NCBI GenBank assembly: GCA_048013815.1
Contig: CM106585.1
Location: forward strand, 5,766,001-5,830,000
Direction of reading: 5' to 3'
From: Setoptus koraiensis
Taxonomy: Eukaryota > Animalia > Arthropoda
DNA: 64,000 nt
This document shows positions 36,964 to 45,882 of the stretch, one piece after another. The translations under genes and the position numbers were made by a program. The notes beneath the pieces are model-generated. The model worked only from the letters and a program-made list of their open reading frames with translations. It had not been told where the DNA came from and did no database searches. The stretch's first letter is position 1. The number at the start of each line of letters is the position of its first letter.

Positions 36964-38195
36964 ATGATGCGACACCAGAAACTCTTTTTGTTCGCGTTTT
37001 ATCACTTAGTTGATCTTGTGGTGTGTACAAACACCCAGGCCGATGTAACAACCAGATCCAATAGTTATGTGGAACATTACCGAAGGAATTACAACAGCCT
37101 CGACAAATTAGAGGATGAGGGTAGTATAGATTTCAATGTTTTGTGGAAACAAATATTGAGAGAGGAAGACTGCACCGAGGAAGAACTGCTAGAAAGGTTG
37201 CCAACGTCCTATGAGTATAATGGAATAAGTAAGATCAGAGATGAATCAGCATGCAGGGCAAGCTGGTCATTCGCTATCACAGGCTGCATCGAGAGTTTGT
37301 ATAAATTTTATCGGCATGAAAAGGTTTCTTTGTCAGTTCAACGTAAGTCCTCAGCGTTCCTCAATTCCACTTACCACGATCATTCGTTTCAGCTTGAAAT
37401 AATCGAGACTCATTTTCCTAATATGAAAACTCGTTAATTGGGATGACAGAATTGATTGATTGTGACACAAAGGATAACGGATGCAAGCGGGAAAGGCTGC
37501 TTGGGCAAGCTTATAGTGAGCTGATTCGACTAGGTAAGCGAAATATAACTGTTTTCAAGTTTTTTTCGAAATTTCCATCCGTTCTGAAAGTTTCGAATTC
37601 ATTCGCAATCGTTCTCACCGATACAGGCGGTCTACAATCCGAAGAAAGCTATCCATATGTTGGAGAAAAAGATGGTCCGAAGAGGTGTGAAATGAAAAAA
37701 GAAGCAAGAAAGTACGCAATCGATGGCTATACGAAATTTCCAGCTCAAGATGAGAATAAAATGAAAATCTGGCTAGTTAAGCGAGGGCCGTTTATCGTCA
37801 ACATTAATCCGGCCATCAATATGTTGAGCAAGTTTTTTTCCGGAGTTGGCCGCTGGAGTGAGTCAGAGTGCTCAAGAAGATATGAGGATGCCAGTCATCC
37901 TGTAATTGTTGTCGGCTACGGAATTGAACATGCAACGCCATATTGGACTGTGGCAAATAGCTGGGGCACAGACTGGGGCGATTCAGGATTGGCCAGGGTG
38001 TTTTTCGGTGAAAATGTTTGCGGTTTTGGAACCGATGGTACGGCACCAATTCTCAAAATCTCTTCATCATCAGCGTTTAGATGGTGGCAATATGCGCTTT
38101 ATGCCACATCCGTAGTTGTTGTTGCCTTGCTTTTGGTTTGCGCGATTGGCGTCTGTGTGTTATATAAAGTTTCACAAATGAGATTACCGATTTAG
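36964..38195 (+). CDS. Papain-family (C1A) protein, copy B (inverted paralogue of copy A): Cys replaced by Ser, C-terminal TM anchor, shortened prodomain
   Basis: Exons 36964-37342, 37450-37533, 37627-38195 (1032 nt, 344 codons). Same intron positions and motifs as copy A (RDESACRASW, ASHPVIVVGYG, YWTVANSWG). Confidence 0.9.
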
Positions 38196-38868
38196 CCAGT
38201 CGGTGCTTGAATTTGGAATCCCATTTTGTTGTCGCGCTTCCGAACGGCCGTCATAAGTAACAGCGCACAGACCTGTTCGGATGTATTTATACTTGAGCCA
38301 CTCCACTGATGATTGCCTGTCTTCAGATGCCACCGAGGTTCATTATCCCGCCGAATCGATCTGTGCCGCTCCAGACGAAGCTTGGTCAACAGATGCCTGC
38401 GTTCCCTTCGAAGGGCCCCATTCTTAAAAATAAAAATAGAATTGTGCGCCGTAGAGACGAGAACAATCGAGAGAAAACAGATGCCGGTTCCTTTTTCTCT
38501 GACTCGCGAGCGACACACCACGAACTGCCATAATTAGATGTGGCTGTCGAAGAGAGTTGTCGTCGAGGAAAGGTGCCGTTGAAGAGAGTGGCAGCGAGTC
38601 GCTAAAGTGGGCAACACATAGATGGATACTGCCGAGCCTCAATGAGGCACAACTCAGAGCGCGAGCCCAGGTAGGCTCACGACGGCGAGTGCATAATATT
38701 TTGAGCCCGCCATCGTTTGTATCAAGGCTGGCGCCCAGATTTCTACGATTGCTGGCTCGTTGATCGCGCAGGAAACGATCGCTTGACAAGGGCAACAAAT
38801 TAGCGCTTCGCAAGTGACAAGACTCAGTGTTTGAGCCGGCTTTTCGGCAGGCCAACACAGTCGCAATT

Positions 38869-38986
38869 GCTGCTGTCGTTGTCGTTGCTGTCGTTGCTGT
38901 CGTTGCTGTCGTTGCTGTCGTTGCTGTCGTTGCTGTCGTTGTTGTTGTTGTTGTTATTGTTGCTGTTGTCGTTGTCGTTGTCGTCG
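38869..38986. repeat. (GTTGCTGTC)n / (GTT)n triplet-derived repeat; a related tract lies at about 39620-39698
   Basis: Seen directly. Confidence 0.9.
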
Positions 38987-40047
38987 CTAATGAACTCAAT
39001 TTGAAGCCAAAATAACCATTTGCGGGCACGCGCGCACTGATGGGCGCGTTATGAATTGTCTTTCATCAGATCGGACACATTGAGCCGTGAGAGGCACTGC
39101 CGACAGCAACAAGTGGAGCGAGCACAACGTGACGCAGCCATGGCGAACGTTGGCCAAGAATGGTGCTGGATAGACCGTTATACGTGACAAAATTGCAACA
39201 CATACAAACTGTTGCAATATACAGCCTGCATAATACAGGTGCCTGTCGCTCACCCGTGTCTGTTGGAACGGCGCTGGCGATTGTAATCGGAACGGCGAGG
39301 CCAAACGCGAGCCAAATGAGAGCCTAATGAGGGGGAGGGCGAAACATGATCAGCGTAGGTGGCCCCTGCTGTGGCCGTTAGATGCGCAGTGGCGCCGATA
39401 AGACACTGTCTGGGCACGCACAAGCTAAGCTCGACAGGGCATGACAATGCTCGAATGGACTTAATAAGACAAAATTGAAAAAACAAAAAACGTGAGCCAG
39501 TCAGAGATAACCGCTGGCTGGCTCGCTCGCTTGATGCCGATTTGCGTGGGCGATTGTCAATTTGGCAAGCCATGGCAAGTGCGAAAGTAACACACTTATC
39601 GGTCGGCGCTGCTGCTGCCGCCGTCGTTGTTGTCGTTGTTGTTGTCGTTGTTGTTGCTGTTGTTGTTGTCGTCGTTGTCGTTGCTGTCGTTGTTGTTTTG
39701 TGTGATCGTCAACCAGCCAGCAAATTACTGCTCAAATAGACTGAACGGTCGGAAGACGACAGACAGCGGCAACAAGTGTGTGTTGCCATTCTCGTACAAG
39801 GATAAAGTTATTATAAATTTATTGTTGTTGCTGGGCCTGTTCGGCGTTCGGGCGGCTGGCACACGCAACACACAATCAGCCTGCCGACAGCGACCATGAT
39901 ACGCCGCTGCCGCTGCTGCCAGTTGAGTCAGTCACCTGTCGGCGAGCAGCGCACAGGTGAGCAGTCGTTTCAAGGTGCTCGACCGATTATCATTCGAACA
40001 TTGCCGATGTGAGGTGAGAGCCCGACGAAAAACAATATTGCGCCAGC

Positions 40048-41721
40048 ATGACGATAACCAGCCAGCCGCTGGGCGAGCACGCACTAGACCGGCCCCAAAG
40101 CGACACTACCGACACCAGCGACATTATCGGCACCTCCGACAGCGCCGACAGAACCGACGGAAACGACAGAACCGACAATATCGACAATAGCGGCACCAGC
40201 CGGGCCAGAATCAACAAGTCACCGTTGCGCAGCACGACAGCAGCGGCAGCGGCGGCGGCAGCAGCCAGAATGGCCTCGTCGAAACTGGACCGCACGGCCA
40301 CCGTCAAGGCCAAATTCGAGCGAGAGGTGGCCTCGCTGAAGGAACAGATCGTGTCGCGAGATGAGCAATTGTTGCAGTTGCGCAGCTCGCTCGAGATGCG
40401 AAAGAACGAGGTGAAGAATCTGCAGACGCGTCTGGCAGACGTCGAAAAGAGCTGCAGGGCCGAGACGGAACGAAACGGGCGCCACCTGAAGAAAATCGAC
40501 GACATCAATCTGGAGCTGAAGGCCAGCGAGACGAAACTGGCCGCCAAAATCGAGGAGAATCGCGCCTGCGAGAAGCGCGCCCAAAAGCTCCGAAATGATC
40601 TGATGAACGCCGAGGAAAAACTGGAACAATTGTCCATCATTAACAGGCGAGACATGGAGGTACTGCACAACAAACTGAGCCAGGCGAGGCGCCGCTCGTC
40701 CAACAGCAACACGCCCACGTCGCCCGTCGGGCCCACAACGCCGACTGGCCACGACGAGCTGATGCGACTGCAAATGGACATTAGGGACCTCAAGGATGCG
40801 CTCATTGATCGCGAGGCCGAGGTCGATTATCACAAGCGCGAAATGGATTTGCTCAAGTTCAAATTGGAGACGCGCACGCTTGAGGTGGACAGCAACAACC
40901 AGGAATTGGCGCGCCGTTGCCAAGATCTTCTGGAACAGAACAGAAAATCCGAGGACGTGCTCAAGGAACTGATGCGATCCTCTAGCGAACATTCGCAACA
41001 ATTGATACACGCCACAGAGGAGCTCAAAGAGGCCAATGGCAAGTGTGTCAAGTTGCGCGAACAAATTAGGAAATTAGAGTCAGATCTGAAGGAGCAGCAT
41101 CGCCACAATGATCAACTGTCGACAGAGAACGGCAAACAACAACAACAATTAGACGCGCTACACAAAGACATTGGCTGTCTCAAAGATCAACTTGCCGAGC
41201 GCGAAACCGAGGCCGACCGATACAAGCGCCAAATTCACGAGCTCCAGGAAACACTGGACAGGCGATCCGCCGATCTAGACAAGGACAGCCAACAGTACGA
41301 GAGTCGCTGTCAGACTCTCACGGAACAAAACAACCGATGCGAGCAGATCATTGAGCAATTGAAAAGGACCTCAAACGAGCATTCGCAACAGCTCGAGCGC
41401 GTCATCGACGATCTGAAAGAAACCAATTGCAAGCTCAGGGACAAAAACAACGAATTGGAGAACAATCTGAGCAGGCAATTGGACCATCATGCCCAACTGA
41501 AGAAGGACAATATGCAATTGAGACAAACAAACGATCAGTGGACACAACAATTAGAGGCGATACATCGAGAGATGAACACTATGCAAACGATGTCACCCGA
41601 TGAACGGCGAGACTACGAGTCACAGGTGGAATTCTTGAATTCGGTTATTGTTGACATGCAAAAGAAAAACGACGATCTGCAAGTGCAAGTGACCACAATG
41701 CAAGTGCTCGGCCCTATGTAA
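40048..41721 (+). CDS. Long coiled-coil protein with a CLIP-170/CLIP-190 (restin)-like C-terminal segment; no CAP-Gly or zinc knuckle in this ORF
   Basis: 557-aa ORF with heptad-rich E/Q/L/K composition. [22 protein letters not shown] resembles CLIP1 [21 protein letters not shown] (from memory). A possible upstream exon donor (cag|gtgagc) lies at about 39957. Confidence 0.7.
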   Translation: [557 protein letters not shown]

Positions 41722-41747
41722 CACTGTTTAATGTATACAAAAATATA

Positions 41748-44700
41748 TCAGGAACAATCTAATACTGAGGCGTTCTGTTTGTAAAATTCTACAAGTTCAT
41801 TGAATCGCTTGGCCACCTGATCACTGCTCTTGCTTCCGTTTAGTTGATTTGCAACTAACTCGTCGAACATCTCTGTGTTGAGCGACACACTGTCATCGTT
41901 TGCTTCGCAACTCAACACCTTGTAGCGACAAAATTCCAACAGAGCCTTGTCCTCTTCGTATGTCCACGCCGAGGTAGGCCCCGCTTTTTTGGTCACTTTG
42001 ACAGGTGAACGGGGTGAGCCAACCAGCCTTGACACCATGTTTGCCAGTTTTTCCTTTTGATCACATTGATTTGATTCACGGTCCGACCTGTTGGACGTAT
42101 CACGCTTTTCCGAACAATTTCCATCAGATGTATTCAACGAGTCGGCGCCATTTCTCACATAGGTATATCCAGCCAAGACGGGTTTCACTTGATTGACCAG
42201 ATATATCTTACGATTAATAAACTTCAAGTTACAATTGTTACAGTGTCTACCGATACTAATCTTTGTTTGATTGCTTGGCACTGTTGTTGCAGCAATAGTG
42301 TTTGCGCATTCGTTTCCATCGAAACCAACAGACTTGTTGTTGGCTGTAGTTGGTTCATCAATCTGTTGGTTAGTCAATCTGTTCGAACAATGACATTTGC
42401 AAGGGCAATTGCAACCGCCATATTTGAGTTCCTCTTCGGTGACAGGCATCTCGATGTGCTCAAAGTCGAACTCATCCTCTGACACAGGTCCTTCTTTCTC
42501 AAGCAATTTTGTGATGTCTTCGAAGTCGTCCTCACATTCGAAATAACTTGGATGGGGTCTCTCACCGAGAAACAAAAAGTTGAATTCTCTCACTAAGAAT
42601 GGATGATTTTTTAGGATTCTAGTCATGGTGGCACGAAGCTTCTGCTTGACGTTGCTATCCAATGCTTTATAGGTGTTCAGGTGGCTCCCAACTGGTTGGG
42701 GACTATTTTGTGTTTTATCGCTCTCGTTGGAAACCCCAGCCGTTGCATTCAGTTTTGAAGCAGCCAGAGCGCATCTGTATATCTTGTTTGCAATTGTTAC
42801 ATCACCATTACTGTGTAATTCAACGTACTTCATAAACTGAAAAAATTTCGTCCAATATAAATAGTTTATGGCGCAGCCGCACTGTGTCGCTTGCTCGAAA
42901 TCCAGAAACATTACAAGGAGATCTTTCAATTCTTCTGGTGCGTTTACTTTATGCAAGAAATTCAGAGACTCGGAATACCATTTCACCACATGGTCAGTCG
43001 AGCTTCTCTGTTCATGGCCAGCAGTATCTTTGAGGTCCTTTAACAGTTGTAAAAAACGAATAAAGTCAGTTTTGGGTAGGCCAAATTCGCATTGCTTGAT
43101 GAAATAAGTAATGAGAAGGTCCTCCATGTGACCCGAATTAAACATTGCAGCCGGGTGTTGAACGCCGTCGCCTACCATGTCGTGCGACATTAGATTAATC
43201 ATAGAAGTTTGTAGTTTCTTGGCTCTTAATTCTCTCTTGTTTAATTGTTGAGAGTCGTTGAGAGTGGACGATTTCACACCTCCTTGGCTAGCTAGAATTG
43301 TAGATTGATTTTTAGCGATAGTTGTACTAGCCGCCATCAAGGCCTCTAAATCGATTGCATTGTCCCCGATATCCATAGGCTCAGAATCCATTGCATCCTC
43401 ATTCAGACACAACGCAGTTCCAGCGTCTTGTTCTAAGTCACCTGAAACCGGCGAAAAGTAATCCTCGTCTTCTCCGTCGACCTTACAAAAATCGTCTACG
43501 TCGTCGATGATATCCTCTTCATTACCCACCACGACATCCACATCGTCGTCGTCATCAACATCGTCCTCTTCTTCGACATCTTCCTCCTCTTCATCGACCA
43601 CTGCATCTTGGTCCAGGACGATATCTTCGATGTTCTCATTATCGTAACAGTCCAATCCGTCTTCGAACAGCATATCTATATTATTGCTGTTTATGGGATT
43701 GTTGGCATTTGTTCCAAGGAAAGACATAAAATCAGTAGCATTATCACCAAAGTCGAGATCTAGACCATTAATTCTGGAAGGATTGTCCGATATTAGAGCG
43801 TTTGACATATCATGATCGTTGGACTCATTCAACGCCACAATGGCCTGCCTACTTTCATCCTCGTAGTAGGCTGCGGTTGACAAGAAAGCATCATTGCCAG
43901 TGCATTGATGATGCTGGTGGTGGTGATGCTGGTTGACATCAATCGGTTTCGTTCGGAGTCTTATTTCTTCATTCATCCAATCAGGGTAAGATTCATGTGG
44001 TTCATTGTATTGAGTGACGGTGTGCTCAATTTTGTGCTCAATCGTTGGCAAATGCTCCTTAATTTTATCTTTTTTATCTCTTCGATTTTTAAAATGATCA
44101 CGCAATTGATCAGATGATTTTGCTTCCATTAAAAATTTTGATATTTTTACGTGACGATTTTTGTCCCCTTTAAATTCGTATTCTTGCAAATAGGCAAATA
44201 GGTTTTTTTCTTTATTAGTAAATATGCAATGTGGTGCTTTTTTGTAGCCATCGGGTGGCCTCGTAGAGAAGGCCACCGTGGGCAACAAACTTGGATATAA
44301 GAATATGTTTGGATTAGAATGAATGAGTTTCCGAATATCCTGTGGTAATTTTATTCCCCTCCAATTGGACCTAATATATGATCTGCCATCTGGGTAAGGT
44401 GGATAATCTTCGGTTAGTTTTAACGCTGCCATTAAATTCACTGGTTTTGTTTCATTATGAAACACTGTGTCGATTTTGTGCAAATGATCCCTCATAGTAT
44501 CGGATATATAGTGATATATGGATGCGCCACGTGTCATGAGATACGTTTGCGTGAGTAATTGTATATGCTGTCTGAGTTGCTGATCGAGTATGGCGTTAAA
44601 TTCTTGATTGTTGAAGGCATCATGCAATTGCGATCTCTCAGACTTTGGCACCTTCGATTGCTTGTGGAACCACGTGTCCGACCAGAGATGCGACCTGAAA

Positions 44701-44825
44701 TCGGAATTAAAATTATAATCTGGGTCGTTGTCATCATCTTGTGTACTGGATCGAGAGGGTTCCTCATTGATGTTGACAAGAAAATTCTTGTATATGTGTT
44801 CTGCTTTGTCCTTTTTGTAGGCCAT
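41748..44825 (-). CDS. GON4L: GON-4-like protein (GON4L/YY1AP1/Mute)
   Basis: Single long ORF; first ATG at 44825 (the track starts at TTG 44864). LRQHIQLLTQTYL, FTNKEKNLF, an acidic central tract, PAH-like segments (ELKDLLVMFLDFEQATQCG; LKNHPFLVREFNFLF) and a C-terminal SANT/Myb-like domain (WTYEEDKALL...QVAKRFNEL). Confidence 0.85.
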   Translation of the reverse strand: MAYKKDKAEHIYKNFLVNINEEPSRSSTQDDDNDPDYNFNSDFRSHLWSDTWFHKQSKVPKSERSQLHDAFNNQEFNAILDQQLRQHIQLLTQTYLMTRGASIYHYISDTMRDHLHKIDTVFHNETKPVNLMAALKLTEDYPPYPDGRSYIRSNWRGIKLPQDIRKLIHSNPNIFLYPSLLPTVAFSTRPPDGYKKAPHCIFTNKEKNLFAYLQEYEFKGDKNRHVKISKFLMEAKSSDQLRDHFKNRRDKKDKIKEHLPTIEHKIEHTVTQYNEPHESYPDWMNEEIRLRTKPIDVNQHHHHQHHQCTGNDAFLSTAAYYEDESRQAIVALNESNDHDMSNALISDNPSRINGLDLDFGDNATDFMSFLGTNANNPINSNNIDMLFEDGLDCYDNENIEDIVLDQDAVVDEEEEDVEEEDDVDDDDDVDVVVGNEEDIIDDVDDFCKVDGEDEDYFSPVSGDLEQDAGTALCLNEDAMDSEPMDIGDNAIDLEALMAASTTIAKNQSTILASQGGVKSSTLNDSQQLNKRELRAKKLQTSMINLMSHDMVGDGVQHPAAMFNSGHMEDLLITYFIKQCEFGLPKTDFIRFLQLLKDLKDTAGHEQRSSTDHVVKWYSESLNFLHKVNAPEELKDLLVMFLDFEQATQCGCAINYLYWTKFFQFMKYVELHSNGDVTIANKIYRCALAASKLNATAGVSNESDKTQNSPQPVGSHLNTYKALDSNVKQKLRATMTRILKNHPFLVREFNFLFLGERPHPSYFECEDDFEDITKLLEKEGPVSEDEFDFEHIEMPVTEEELKYGGCNCPCKCHCSNRLTNQQIDEPTTANNKSVGFDGNECANTIAATTVPSNQTKISIGRHCNNCNLKFINRKIYLVNQVKPVLAGYTYVRNGADSLNTSDGNCSEKRDTSNRSDRESNQCDQKEKLANMVSRLVGSPRSPVKVTKKAGPTSAWTYEEDKALLEFCRYKVLSCEANDDSVSLNTEMFDELVANQLNGSKSSDQVAKRFNELVEFYKQNASVLDCS

Positions 44826-45273
44826 TGTTGTTGTTGATGTTATTGAGTGTATAATTGGCAACAATCCTGGGCGTTTGCATACATCAATAAATAGTAGATA
44901 TAATTTAATTTGTAAATAGTGTGAGATGTCAGTGACAAGAATGGACCAAAGTTTTCATGACGAGCATGATGTTTTTTATTTCACTTATACACTGTAAACG
45001 AGATTGACGAAATCGAACTGACCGAAGGAATTTCAGCCAGAGAGCAGTACAGCAATATATTACAATCGCGTGAATAAATATTTGGACGGACGAAAATCTG
45101 CGCAGAACTGAGCGGCAAATTTGATTTACACTTCTGCGCACAGGTGGTCAGCATCAGTTTTTTCCCACCGTCCAAATAACTGATGATGATGGAATGATAA
45201 CTGATTGATGTGCCGTTGATGATTTGAAACTGCGAATGATGACCAAATTGTGATTTTTTTATTTATACATCAC

Positions 45274-45579
45274 AAAAAACTAGTTTCGCTGTTTGCGACT
45301 AGGACACCGAATGACGCGCGCGTGCCAACCGCAGTCAAAGGATGACGCACCTCCTTTGTTGTGAGTGCAACACTGAGTGGTCAAGCAACGATCAAACAAT
45401 GGTCATCCGGGAGCGGGAGCACGATTCGGGGAGCCCCGAGGAAGAGATCGGGAGTAGAGTTCGGGGAGCACTAGCGGGAGCTACGTTTTTGAGCCTGCAC
45501 AGAACTTGCTACCCCGATCACTATTTCACTCGTTTTACAGTAACTGAGGCAGGTCGCCCCAGGGCGGCGGAAGTGTCCC
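45274..45579 (-). ncRNA. Candidate Pol III structured RNA with 7SK-like architecture (about 306 nt)
   Basis: Hand folding of the - strand: 5' GGACAC pairs with GUGUCC just before a terminal hairpin (CUAGU-CGC-AAACA-GCG-AA-ACUAG) and U6; a long stem contains GAUC:GAUC with a U bulge; a perfect GGAUGAC/GUCAUCC helix; an AT-rich TATA-like element about 27 nt upstream. Confidence 0.6.
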
Positions 45580-45882
45580 GGAGAGCTATTCAAATTTGAT
45601 TGTTGGATTTATTTGTTGCTGAAATCTTACAATTCAAATCTATTATGTGTGACAATATCCAAGAAACAACTGTCGAGCGTGCGAAATTCGCTCGACAAAT
45701 TGTCGACGACAATCGAGGAAAGTTGTCAGTGAGAAGGGTCGCAAGAGAACAGCGTGAGCTCATTGTTTGCCTCACCCGCATCGGTGATAACAATTGTTGA
45801 GGCAGTTTTTGTTTAGATTGTTTAGAAGCGAACAGTTGTCGATTAGTGTATCTGCTGCGCTTATTTATTGTATTTTATTGTT

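Noticed and set aside
39990-41108. Long antisense ORFs opposite the coiled-coil gene, and similar ones opposite FAR, NRF-6 and calcineurin
   Set aside because: Shadow frames of GC-rich or periodic coding sequence.
45395-45425. Resemblance of atggtcatccgggagcgggag (+) to SRP RNA helix 6
   Set aside because: The invariant helix-8 motif (CAGG..GNRA..AGCA) and the Alu domain are absent, and the oligo-T terminator is on the opposite strand. RNase P/MRP P4 motifs and a CCUAA telomerase template were also not found.
45600-45800. 66-aa ORF between the ncRNA and the FAR 3' end
   Set aside because: No recognisable motif; it overlaps the presumed ncRNA promoter, and the nearby exon-like sequence is explained by FAR exon 2 on the - strand.
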